In this document: positions 39,322 through 48,551 of the stretch, piece after piece
How the letters are laid out: every line of letters begins with the position of its first letter
Position numbering within the stretch: position 1 is the first letter of the stretch
Assembly: GCA_964532775.1 (NCBI GenBank)
Contig: CAZHNA010000001.1
Coordinates: forward strand, 585 to 64,584
Origin: an uncultured Methanosarcinales archaeon
GTDB lineage: Archaea; Halobacteriota; Methanosarcinia; Methanosarcinales; Methanosarcinaceae
DNA length: 64,000 nucleotides
Direction: 5' to 3'
The notes under the pieces: generated by a model
What the model was told of the DNA's origin: nothing
Database searches by the model: none
The model's input: only the letters and a program-made list of their open reading frames with translations
Made by a program: the position numbers and the translations under genes

Positions 39322-39609
39322 ATGGAAATTTCCGAATTCCAGCAACTTATGCGTGATCTGTATGCTGAGAATGACAAACGTCGTGGTGCAGCTGCAACTA
39401 CTCTTTGGCTGGTGGAAGAAGTTGGGGAACTTGCTGAGGCAATACGTCGGGATGACCGGGAAAATCTCAGGGAAGAATTGGCAGATTGTTTTGCATGGAT
39501 CGGCGCTCTCGCAAATCTTTATGATATTGATCTTGAAGAAGTATTTCGTGAAAAGTATCCTGATTCATGTCCTACTTGTGGCAGAAAGCCGTGTATATGT
39601 ACTGACTGA
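39322..39609 (+). CDS. MazG-family nucleotide pyrophosphohydrolase
   Basis: EEVGELAEA...EELAD; C-terminal CPTC...C.C. Confidence 0.9.
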   Translation: MEISEFQQLMRDLYAENDKRRGAAATTLWLVEEVGELAEAIRRDDRENLREELADCFAWIGALANLYDIDLEEVFREKYPDSCPTCGRKPCICTD

Positions 39610-39684
39610 AAGTCGCTTCCTGTCCTCCTTTTTCTAATTTTCCGACAATATATATTACATCAGGACATACCCATAATCAGTAAT

Positions 39685-42072
39685 ATGATGAAAAAACCTG
39701 AATTACTTGCCCCGGTGGGTAGCTGGGATTCGCTGGTTGCAGCCGTTGAAAACGGTGCTGATGCTGTCTACATGGGATCCGATTTATTCAGTGCCCGGGC
39801 TTATGCAACTAATTTTTCTGAAGAAGAGCTTGAAGAAGCCATTGATTTTGCTCATGTTAGGGGTGTAAAAGCCTATGTCACTGTCAACACTCTGATAAAA
39901 GACAGCGAATTCGAAGATGCCATTGACTTGCTTTATCAGATTTGCAATCTAGGCGCAGATGCTGTGATTGTGCAGGATTTCGGCTTGCTCAATGAAGCAT
40001 TGATAGCTTATCCTGAACTCCCTTTTCATGCAAGTACTCAGATGACAGCACACAATGTTTCTTCTGTTGAAATGCTTGCGGAAATGGGTGTAAAACGAGT
40101 CGTACTTTCACGTGAGATGAGTCTGAAATCCATCAAAAACCTGAAGGATACCTGTGGGATTGAAATCGAGGTTTTTGTACATGGTGCTTTATGTATTTGC
40201 TATTCAGGACAATGTTTGATGAGCAGTATGATTGGCGGGCGAAGTGGGAACCGTGGGTACTGTGCTCAGTCCTGTCGTCGTAAATATGAACTGACAGAAA
40301 ATGGGCAGTCAATTGGAACACCGGGAGAGTACTTGCTAAGTCCTGAAGATCTCTGTGCAGCTCCCCTGATTCCCGAACTTATTGAAGCAGGCGTAGATTC
40401 CTTCAAGATAGAAGGAAGGATGAAAAGGCCGGAATATGTTGCCGGCGTTGTACGCATGTATCGCACTCTCATTGACAGGTATGCTAAATCCCCTGAATCC
40501 TATTATGTGTCGGAAGATGAGATCGAAGAACTAATGCAGCTATTCAACCGTGGTTTTACTTCAGTTTACCTTGAAGACCAAAAACGTGGTATGATGAGCA
40601 GGGATTACCCGGCAAATCGCGGACTGGAATTAGGAACGGTCATTGGCTACAATCGTAATTATGGTCAGATTAAGGTAAAATTAAAACGTCCTTTAAAGCA
40701 GGGAGATGGTATTTCCATAGGAAAAACCGGCATCCATGCCACTAATATTTTCCAGAATGGGAAAAGGATCAAAGAAGCTTTTTCCGGAGATGTCGTTGAA
40801 ATCTCCTCTCCGCTTGTGGACAAAGAGGAATTGGTTTTCAAAACTTCCGATTTATTACAAATGGATGTTCTTCAAAAAACGTATTCATCGCCACATCCTT
40901 TGCGAAAAATTCCTGTTGACATAAAGGCAAAAATCGAAGTTGGAAAGCCACTTGAACTACAGATGCGAGATATTGATTCATTGTCAGTTCTTGTCTCATC
41001 CGATTTTGACGTGGAAGAAGCAAAAAGCCATCCGATGAGTTCTGATAAAATTGAAGAGCAATTGAACAAACTCGGGAATACGGTTTTTAGAGCTCGCAAT
41101 ATTGAAGTACAAATTGAAGGCAATGTTTTTGTTCCCCTGAAAGCACTCAATAATCTCCGGAATGAAGCTGCTGAAAGACTTGTGGAAAAACGTGCTGAAT
41201 CTTATCACCGGGTTTGTGAACTATACATTCTTCCTGAATTTTCAATAGATTGCAGTGAGGAAGCCCCTTTGCTGGCTGTTGCTGTTTCTTCACTAAAAGG
41301 ACTTGAAGAAGCTGTATCAGGTGGTGCAAATTCTGTTTATTTTGATTATCCTGTTTCACCAATGGATTTCAAACGTGCCCAGTTCCTCTGTCAGGAACAC
41401 GGTTGCAGGCTCTACCTCTTTACTCCACGTATTTGCATGGATTCAGAAATGTCCGATGTTTTGGCAACCCTTGAACTGGCGTTCGAATGTGATGGTATTG
41501 TGACATCTAATGCGGGAATTCTCAATCTCGCTCACCAGCGAGGAATTCCGGCAATATCAGATTCACCGCTGAATGTTTTCAACAGCTATTCTTCCTCTTT
41601 CCTGAAAGAAAAAGGCAGTATATTGTCCACGGTTTCCCCGGAATTGAATCTTGAGGAAATCAATGAAATTGCTATGTCTTTTGAATCGGAAGCAATCGTT
41701 GAGGGAAGGCTGGAACTCATGGTTTCTGAATATTGCCTGCTCGCAGAACTTCTTGGGTGCAGTGGTCCTTCGGAGGGTGCATGCAAAAAGGCAAGATATG
41801 AAATTGTGGATGAGAAGGGCTTCTCTTTCCCTGTCATTACTGACGAACATTGCAGAACCCATGTTCTCAACTCAAAAAAGCTCAGCATGCTTGGAAAGTT
41901 ACAGGACCTCATTGATACAGGTGTAAGAAGCATTCGTATTGATGCTAGGTGGGATGAGGATAATATTGAAGCAATAACTTCTGCCTATAGAAAAGCTCTT
42001 GATACTGGAAAGATAAGGGAGAGAAAAGGGAAAGCCTATACAAGAGGCCACTACTACAGAGGTGTGCTATGA
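39685..42072 (+). CDS. U32 peptidase-family protein with DUF3656-like region (RlhA-like RNA hydroxylation family)
   Basis: PELLAP, HASTQ, FVHGALCICYSGQC, NRGYCAQSCR, KIEGRMK; ends TRGHYYRGV. Confidence 0.88.
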   Translation: MMKKPELLAPVGSWDSLVAAVENGADAVYMGSDLFSARAYATNFSEEELEEAIDFAHVRGVKAYVTVNTLIKDSEFEDAIDLLYQICNLGADAVIVQDFGLLNEALIAYPELPFHASTQMTAHNVSSVEMLAEMGVKRVVLSREMSLKSIKNLKDTCGIEIEVFVHGALCICYSGQCLMSSMIGGRSGNRGYCAQSCRRKYELTENGQSIGTPGEYLLSPEDLCAAPLIPELIEAGVDSFKIEGRMKRPEYVAGVVRMYRTLIDRYAKSPESYYVSEDEIEELMQLFNRGFTSVYLEDQKRGMMSRDYPANRGLELGTVIGYNRNYGQIKVKLKRPLKQGDGISIGKTGIHATNIFQNGKRIKEAFSGDVVEISSPLVDKEELVFKTSDLLQMDVLQKTYSSPHPLRKIPVDIKAKIEVGKPLELQMRDIDSLSVLVSSDFDVEEAKSHPMSSDKIEEQLNKLGNTVFRARNIEVQIEGNVFVPLKALNNLRNEAAERLVEKRAESYHRVCELYILPEFSIDCSEEAPLLAVAVSSLKGLEEAVSGGANSVYFDYPVSPMDFKRAQFLCQEHGCRLYLFTPRICMDSEMSDVLATLELAFECDGIVTSNAGILNLAHQRGIPAISDSPLNVFNSYSSSFLKEKGSILSTVSPELNLEEINEIAMSFESEAIVEGRLELMVSEYCLLAELLGCSGPSEGACKKARYEIVDEKGFSFPVITDEHCRTHVLNSKKLSMLGKLQDLIDTGVRSIRIDARWDEDNIEAITSAYRKALDTGKIRERKGKAYTRGHYYRGVL

Positions 42073-42491
42073 AGATATTTCTTTCCGGGTCAATCAGGGG
42101 AGGAAGGCAAAAACTCTCTACATACCAGCAGATCACAGGGTTAATCGAAATGCTGGGGCACGAAGTTACCACTCACCATGTTGCAGATTCTCAGGTGGAA
42201 GAAAAAGAAGTTGGAATGTCTGAATCTGAAATCTTCAGTAGGGATATGTTCCTTCTTGACAGGAGTGACTGCATGGTTGCGGAAGTATCGATTGCATCTA
42301 CAGGTGTGGGTTATGAGGTGTGTTCTGCTCTGAATGTGGGGCTTCCAGTGCTATGTGTTTATGAGGAGAATTCAATAGTTTCAGCGATGGTGCTGGGGAA
42401 CGCAAATAACAATCTTCTGGTGGAAACCTATTCTGATTCAGGTGAACTGGAAAAAGTACTCAGCAACTTCCTTTCATCCTGCATCGGTTAA
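42069..42491 (+). CDS. Nucleoside 2-deoxyribosyltransferase / Rcl (DNPH1)-like N-glycosidase
   Basis: IFLSGSIRGGR, IFSRD, AEVSIASTGVGYE, SAMVLGN. Confidence 0.85.
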   Translation: MKIFLSGSIRGGRQKLSTYQQITGLIEMLGHEVTTHHVADSQVEEKEVGMSESEIFSRDMFLLDRSDCMVAEVSIASTGVGYEVCSALNVGLPVLCVYEENSIVSAMVLGNANNNLLVETYSDSGELEKVLSNFLSSCIG

Positions 42492-42522
42492 TAATATATA
42501 TTTACGTCACATATTTTGATGC

Positions 42523-42774
42523 ATGGTAGGAACTGAGATACTTCTCATTCTGGTTGCTGTAATTGTGGCATTGATTATCTGGAAAATTCTCAAGACCGTC
42601 AAGAGCATGATCATTAATACGATACTCGGTCTGCTCATAATAATTGGTGGAAACTTCATCTTTGGACTGGGGATTTCGTATTCGGCAGTAGTAATTCTCA
42701 CCTGTGTCATTGGAGGTCCGATTGGTGCCTTCCTGATTATTTTGCTCAACCAGATTGGTGTTTTTAGCTTTTAA
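42523..42774 (+). CDS. Small membrane protein (BofA-like)
   Basis: INTILGL...IGGPIG hydrophobic pattern. Confidence 0.7.
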   Translation: MVGTEILLILVAVIVALIIWKILKTVKSMIINTILGLLIIIGGNFIFGLGISYSAVVILTCVIGGPIGAFLIILLNQIGVFSF

Positions 42775-43403
42775 GCAATTTTTCTGGCAACAAAGGAAAT
42801 TGAATGGCGGGAGTACTTTTTCCCGTGAAAATTCTTTTCCCTTTTTTTTTCTTTAATATCGATAAACTCAAAATCAGAAAACAGTTCTTCGAGCTCTTCT
42901 TTTGTAAAATAGTGGTAGATTATACCATTCTTCCGGGCAAAGGTATGAAGTTCAACTTCTTCCCCTCCATAGCGAAAATCATCTATTCCGAATGCTTCAA
43001 AAAACAGGAGGCCTCCGGGTTTGAGGGTCCTTGTTATTTCACTCGCTGCTTCTCTTCGCTCGTTTTCCAAAAGATGTTGCAGAACGCCTGTACAAATTGC
43101 AGCATCAAAAAAACGGTTCTTGAAAGGAATGTGGGTGGCACTCGAATGAAACAGGGGTAGTAAAAGATCTCTACTTTCAGCTTTTTCCCTAAAACTCCTC
43201 AAAGCTGTGATGGAAATATCAGTTCCATAAAGTTCATAATCCTTTGAAAGGGGGAGGCAATAGCGCCCCTTTCCACATCCTACATCCAGAATTTTCGAAT
43301 TATCCCGAAGATAGCTTTTGATTTCAGGAAGATTGCGTGCTCCTGTCCAGCGCACATGCCTATGTTCTTCTTCCCAGGCATCAAAGTGTGGCTTTTTTAT
43401 CAT
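42771..43403 (-). CDS. Class I SAM-dependent methyltransferase
   Basis: [20 protein letters not shown]. Confidence 0.88.
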   Translation of the reverse strand: MIKKPHFDAWEEEHRHVRWTGARNLPEIKSYLRDNSKILDVGCGKGRYCLPLSKDYELYGTDISITALRSFREKAESRDLLLPLFHSSATHIPFKNRFFDAAICTGVLQHLLENERREAASEITRTLKPGGLLFFEAFGIDDFRYGGEEVELHTFARKNGIIYHYFTKEELEELFSDFEFIDIKEKKREKNFHGKKYSRHSISFVARKIA

Positions 43404-44986
43404 GGACGGAATTCAGCAGCTTCGGCAAACCTCTTAGCAAGGAAGTCTTTTTCAAGAGATGAAAGGAACCAGCCTGCTTTTGGTCCAGATCCTTGTCCCA
43501 GAACTGAAATATAAATTGCCTTAAAGAGAGTTTTAGGACTCAGCGAGAGTTCATCCACGCCTAATATTTCCTTTATTCTCTTGTGAAGTTCACCGGTATC
43601 TTCCTTTGCGGAATAGATGAGGTTGTGGTAATCAGAGCCATCAAGTTCATCAGCGGCTGTCATGGATTCAGCCATGGCTTTCAGGAACGCACGCTGTTCA
43701 TCAGTGAGGGTGGCTGCTTCAGGAGGCATGTTTTCCTGCACGCTGAATTTCACCATATCCGGTGCAAACATATCGAGCCATGAGGCTACGTTGTTTGTCA
43801 GTTCCCTGATACATTTCTCTTTTTCCACATCATAGCCGGCACGTTCTACGATTTTCATTATTTTGTCAAAATCGCCATGTGCAACCTGATGAATAGTGGT
43901 CATATGTTTGAATGGAATGTCAGTATTACAAAGACCGGAAGCATGTGAAAGATTGAGCACAGTTTTATCGTTTTCAGAAACTTCCTCGGTGGAGTTCAAG
44001 CGCTCAAAAGTATCCACGAGTGTAAGCAATGGCATTGCAGGGTCGAAGCGTATATGCTTTTCCGGTTTTGTACGGATGATAAGATATCTCAAAACTTCCG
44101 GTGGGACTACTTTCAGCATATCTGATATTGATACAACCACACCAGTGGATGAAGACATTGCACCTTCTTTTCCCAACATAATCCATTCATAGACAATTGG
44201 GTGAGGCGGTTCATATCCAAATACCTCTTTTGAGATTCTTTTCCCGGTGTCATAGGAGCCGCCACGTGACGCGTGATCCTTTCCAAAAGGTTCTACTGTG
44301 ACGCCCAGTATTTTCCAGCGGGCAGGCCAGTCAACACGCCATGTGAGTTTCCCTCCGCCTTGAATCGAAACTTCCCCAGAGTCGCCACATTCACATTCGT
44401 AGGAAACCATTTCGGTTTCGGTGTTAAACCCGGTTACTTTTGTGCTGTTAATTCTTCCGCAACTGTTGCAAATCGGATTAAAAGGACTCCAGTCTTCGGT
44501 AACATCCTTGCCGGATTCTTCTTTCAGAATAACTGCAATTTCATCACGGTTAAGAAGTGCATCTTTGATGGCTTCGTTGTACATTCCGGTTTTGTACATC
44601 TCATCGGCGCGGTATATTTCAGGACGGATGCCAAGTTTTCCGAGAGCTTCAAGGAAAGGTTTCAGGAAATGTTCTGCATAACTTCCGCATTCTCCACATG
44701 GGCATGGGATCTCAGAGAGTGGTTTCCCAACATGTTCCTCATAACTGTCATCAAGGAAAGGATATACTTTCCTCAAAGGGTCATAGGTATCTGCAATATA
44801 GATCAAACTGACTTCGGCTCCTTTTTCCGAAAGGGTGCGAAATGCTGCATCTGCGGTAACAACTTCTCTCATATTCCCGATATGGATATGCCCGGAAGGT
44901 GTGATTCCACTTGCTACAAGATGCTTGTCCCCTTTAGTCAGGACTTCTTCTGCAAATACATCTGCCCAGTGCCTGATTTCTGCCAT
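43400..44986 (-). CDS. lysS: Class I lysyl-tRNA synthetase
   Basis: [36 protein letters not shown]. Confidence 0.96.
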   Translation of the reverse strand: MAEIRHWADVFAEEVLTKGDKHLVASGITPSGHIHIGNMREVVTADAAFRTLSEKGAEVSLIYIADTYDPLRKVYPFLDDSYEEHVGKPLSEIPCPCGECGSYAEHFLKPFLEALGKLGIRPEIYRADEMYKTGMYNEAIKDALLNRDEIAVILKEESGKDVTEDWSPFNPICNSCGRINSTKVTGFNTETEMVSYECECGDSGEVSIQGGGKLTWRVDWPARWKILGVTVEPFGKDHASRGGSYDTGKRISKEVFGYEPPHPIVYEWIMLGKEGAMSSSTGVVVSISDMLKVVPPEVLRYLIIRTKPEKHIRFDPAMPLLTLVDTFERLNSTEEVSENDKTVLNLSHASGLCNTDIPFKHMTTIHQVAHGDFDKIMKIVERAGYDVEKEKCIRELTNNVASWLDMFAPDMVKFSVQENMPPEAATLTDEQRAFLKAMAESMTAADELDGSDYHNLIYSAKEDTGELHKRIKEILGVDELSLSPKTLFKAIYISVLGQGSGPKAGWFLSSLEKDFLAKRFAEAAEFRP

Positions 44987-45123
44987 TATTTTCACCAGTG
45001 ATAAATGATAATTTTGACTTTCAATATTTAGGTGAAAGCATCAAAAGGGGTTATCTTTTAAATGCCTATCTAAGACTAATATTGGGGAAATGTATTTATC
45101 TGTTCTACCTGATACCAAAAACC

Positions 45124-45666
45124 ATGATTCCTCGAAAAGCTTTTCCTACAAAAGGCACAGGTATCCACAGGGATAAGCTTGCTTCTTTTGAACTTGCATT
45201 GAGGGATGCGGGAATTGAAAAATTCAATCTTGTCAAAGTATCCAGTATTCTTCCTCCAAATTGTAGTGTTGTAACCAAGGAGGAAAGTTTAACTGACCTG
45301 AGCCCGGGTGAAATCGTCTATTGCGTCCTTGCCAGAAACCAGACGGATGAGCCACATAGGCTAATTGCTTCAGCAATTGGAACTGCTATTCCTCGAAATG
45401 AAGAAAATTATGGCTACATTTCCGAGCATCATTCATTCGGGGAAGATGAAGAAGTAGCTGGAATGTATGCAGAGGATATTGCAGCAACCATGCTGGCCAC
45501 CACTCTGGGGATCGAATTTGATGCTGATTCTGCGTGGCAGGAAAGGGAGCAAATTTACAAAGCAAGTGGTCACATTTTCAATGCAACTCACATTTGTCAG
45601 ATTGCAAAAGGGGATAAAGATGGTTTCTGGACCACGGTAGTTGCAGCCATGGTGTTCGTGGAATAA
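45124..45666 (+). CDS. pdaD: Pyruvoyl-dependent arginine decarboxylase
   Basis: SFELALRDAGI, NLVKVSSILP self-cleavage site, YGYISEHH. Confidence 0.93.
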   Translation: MIPRKAFPTKGTGIHRDKLASFELALRDAGIEKFNLVKVSSILPPNCSVVTKEESLTDLSPGEIVYCVLARNQTDEPHRLIASAIGTAIPRNEENYGYISEHHSFGEDEEVAGMYAEDIAATMLATTLGIEFDADSAWQEREQIYKASGHIFNATHICQIAKGDKDGFWTTVVAAMVFVE

Positions 45667-45675
45667 TCCACAATT

Positions 45676-46731
45676 TCAATCGATAATTTCGGTAGCAATT
45701 TCCTCAAGATCACAGAAGTCGGATCTGAAATTGTAAGCGCCTGCATTGATGAAAGTGATAGCATCCCCGATTTCCGATTTTTTGTCGAGGTAAACTCGAT
45801 ATCTGAACAAATCCATTGAGCAGGGAGTGCAACCCTTGATAACATAGGGTTCGCCAGATTTGCTGTCAACTTCATTCTCGACACGCAGTTTGACCGGAAC
45901 TAGAATTGCATCCATGTCACTGTTGTAAACAGAAGCATTGACGATGATGTTGCTGTCATAAACACCGGTTACATACGAAACCAACTTTCCCGCAGGTGCA
46001 GCTATAAATCTTCCCGGTTCAATCATCAACTGCACATTTCTCTCATGCAGGTAGTTCTTGAAATCCAAAACACGTTTGAATATTCCACCAATAACGTCAG
46101 CATTGCTATTTGCGTATTTAGAAGGCAGACCCCCACCAATGTTCAATATATTAATGGCATCTATGGTTTCAGGGGTCAATACATTTTCAATGTCGCGTTG
46201 CAGTTTCCACTCACTAACATTCTGGGTTTTCCTATGGAAATGAACGCCCAATTTTCCGATTTTCGGATTGTTCTTTAATTCGCTGATACGATGATTGATG
46301 ACGGATGAAAGCATGCCGAAGACAAAATACCGCTCCGTACGAAGGGAATTTTCTTTCAGCTTAAGGCGCAGCAGTAGATTGATTTTCCAATCTTTGTTTT
46401 CAAGGGTTTCAAGCAGCATGTCCAGATCAAATTCATTGTCTACTACAAAATAGCGAATCCCGCGATTATAGAGGTCTTCGATCTGCTCAGGTGTCCAGCC
46501 CTGTGCAAGAAATATAATTCGGGAAAGATCCTGAATGTGTTTGAGTTCATTTTCCATATGAACACTAAAAAAACAGTTTGTATTATCCTCTAGAATCCGG
46601 CTAACTTTCTGGTTGGTTTTGGAACTGTAGGATACAATATCAGCAATTTCCGCGACCTTGTGATATTGCTCTAGTGCAACGTTTTTTGAAAGGACAAATT
46701 TAGGTTCAGGAACAGTCATTTTCTCCACCAT
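45676..46731 (-). CDS. Fold-type III PLP decarboxylase (Orn/Lys/Arg/DAP family, divergent)
   Basis: YSSKTN, VHFH, NIGGG, IEPGRF, CSMD, GAY. Confidence 0.82.
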   Translation of the reverse strand: MVEKMTVPEPKFVLSKNVALEQYHKVAEIADIVSYSSKTNQKVSRILEDNTNCFFSVHMENELKHIQDLSRIIFLAQGWTPEQIEDLYNRGIRYFVVDNEFDLDMLLETLENKDWKINLLLRLKLKENSLRTERYFVFGMLSSVINHRISELKNNPKIGKLGVHFHRKTQNVSEWKLQRDIENVLTPETIDAINILNIGGGLPSKYANSNADVIGGIFKRVLDFKNYLHERNVQLMIEPGRFIAAPAGKLVSYVTGVYDSNIIVNASVYNSDMDAILVPVKLRVENEVDSKSGEPYVIKGCTPCSMDLFRYRVYLDKKSEIGDAITFINAGAYNFRSDFCDLEEIATEIID

Positions 46732-46740
46732 AATACGTTG

Positions 46741-47682
46741 TTAGTGCTTCAACAGACCTTCACTTTCAAGTTCATCCAATGCTCTGATCATGGCAAGTGG
46801 AAAAGTAATGCTTACATCCCCGATGACAGTTGCAACATCGCTTTCATCTTTGACCTTGCCCCAGGATTTAGCTTCACTTGTATTTGCACCAGACATGCTG
46901 CCGGATGTGCGATGGGCTGTAGTCATGTAAACCGCATATTCTGCTCCGCCGTTAAGCAATGTGGATAAAATTGCATGATGCTTGGAAATAGACCCGCCCA
47001 GTGCGATTACTCCCTTCCTGTCGTCATGGCTTGTGGCGCACAGAATGTTTCCAAAATCTTCGACAACGTCAACAATGAAATCAGGATGATCCTGCTGGAA
47101 GAGATATAGGTGGAAACCAAAAGCTCCGTCTGTGATTGCTGGACAAAAAATAGAAACCTCATTTTTGGCAGCTTGATAAAGAATAGAATGTGAATCATCC
47201 AGCAATAACCCGATTTCCCGGAGCATTTCTGAAACCGTCCAACGATTTTGTTTTTCATACAGTTTCCCGAGAATCTCAAAAATCAGATCTTCAAAATTCA
47301 TGTAACTTTCATTCTGAATAAGGAGATTACCAACACGATTGATTCCCTGTTCATGAAGTTCCACATCATCTGTCTGGAAATCTCCGATCCTGAAAATTTC
47401 TCCGGTGGCTTTCATGATATCTTCTTCAAGGCCGCCGACGGTTGTTACGATAATATCTGCGATTCCTAATTCAATAAGTTGTGCAAAAAATCCCCTCAGG
47501 CCGGATGTTACCATATTGGATGTAAATGTAAGGAATACTTTTGCGGAATCCTTTTTCATTTTAACAATAACGTCTGAAGCCCGTTGCAATTCCACGCTCT
47601 GAAATCCGACGTGTTCATAAGAATTAACGAGTTCTGAAACTCGCATATCCTGTTTCCATTGAAGATCCTTTACCTGAACCAT
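46741..47682 (-). CDS. Deoxyhypusine synthase-like protein
   Basis: FTSNMVTSGLR, EEDIMKA, GINRVGN, GSMSGA...EAKSWGK. Confidence 0.88.
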   Translation of the reverse strand: MVQVKDLQWKQDMRVSELVNSYEHVGFQSVELQRASDVIVKMKKDSAKVFLTFTSNMVTSGLRGFFAQLIELGIADIIVTTVGGLEEDIMKATGEIFRIGDFQTDDVELHEQGINRVGNLLIQNESYMNFEDLIFEILGKLYEKQNRWTVSEMLREIGLLLDDSHSILYQAAKNEVSIFCPAITDGAFGFHLYLFQQDHPDFIVDVVEDFGNILCATSHDDRKGVIALGGSISKHHAILSTLLNGGAEYAVYMTTAHRTSGSMSGANTSEAKSWGKVKDESDVATVIGDVSITFPLAMIRALDELESEGLLKH

Positions 47683-47790
47683 TAATGATCACGACTGTAT
47701 ATGAATCCGAGAATCTTGTTCTAGGATCATAGCTGTGTTATAGTCGTAGAAGCAGTTTTTGTTTAAAAAGGTGATTGTAATTTTCAGCTT

Positions 47791-47843
47791 TTCGGGAATC
47801 CGAAAAGTATATATTTAGGAGAACTGAAGTTAGAGTCTCCTAA
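47791..47843. promoter_or_regulatory. Three TT[A/C]GG-N4-CC[G/T]AA-like palindromic boxes around a TATA element; likely DtxR-family operator
   Basis: TTCGG-GAAT-CCGAA (47791-47804), TTAGG-AGAA-CTGAA (47815-47828), TTAGA-GTCT-CCTAA (47830-47843), with TATATATT between boxes 1 and 2. Confidence 0.65.
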
Positions 47844-47870
47844 AGATTCATAATATGGTAGGATCTCTTC

Positions 47871-48551
47871 ATGGCAACCGGAAAAACGGAAGAATATCTT
47901 GAAACAATTCTAAGCCTTATCAGCAAAACAAGTTCTCCTGCAAAAAACAAGGATATTGCAAAAGAACTCAGCATTGCACCGGCAACAGTTACTGAAATGA
48001 TCCAGAAGCTGTCAGATGATGGTTTCGTTAGCTACATTCCTTACAAAGGGGTTGGACTAACTTCCGAAGGTGTGAAAAAAGCCACGGAATTGCAACACAG
48101 GCATAATATAATCCGCGATTTTCTTTCACAGGTTCTCAATATCGATGATATGGCTGCGGATAGAGAAGCGTGTGTGCTTGAGCATTCTGCTTCGGAACTT
48201 GTGCTTGAGAGTATGTTGGCATATATGGAAGAGAAGGGAATTTCCCGCAAGCATATTGCTGATATTTCAAACACGTGTCGCAGCACGGATGGCGACTATG
48301 TTCGCCTGAACGAGCTCCATGAAGGCGAAATGGCAACAGTTGCACTAATTCATCTTCCAAAGTCTGATCGGGATCTACTAACATCTCTCGGTATGGTAAC
48401 AGGTGAAGACATCGAAATTAAACGAAGACAGAAAAGGGGATGCCTTTCTATACTTGCAAAAGGAACCGAAATTGCTCTTGGTAAGGAAGTTGCAAACAAA
48501 GTTTTCGTGACGTTAAAAGGCCCACGCCATGCTGGAGGTGAGGCTGATTAA
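47871..48551 (+). CDS. DtxR/MntR-family metal-dependent regulator with C-terminal FeoA domain
   Basis: EEYLETI, PATVTEMIQKL, RH, EACVLEH, C-terminal FeoA-like IALG. Confidence 0.92.
   Translation: MATGKTEEYLETILSLISKTSSPAKNKDIAKELSIAPATVTEMIQKLSDDGFVSYIPYKGVGLTSEGVKKATELQHRHNIIRDFLSQVLNIDDMAADREACVLEHSASELVLESMLAYMEEKGISRKHIADISNTCRSTDGDYVRLNELHEGEMATVALIHLPKSDRDLLTSLGMVTGEDIEIKRRQKRGCLSILAKGTEIALGKEVANKVFVTLKGPRHAGGEAD

Noticed and set aside
43400-44986. Class I LysRS as the enzyme explaining amber readthrough
   Set aside because: Pyl is charged by the dedicated PylRS; no pyl genes or tRNA-Pyl are visible in this window.
44998-45123. N-terminal extensions in the ORF track (pdaD; likewise iscA-like, glyA, hisF, cbiM, thiC-like)
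   Set aside because: They run through promoter or SD regions; family-typical N-termini begin at downstream ATGs.
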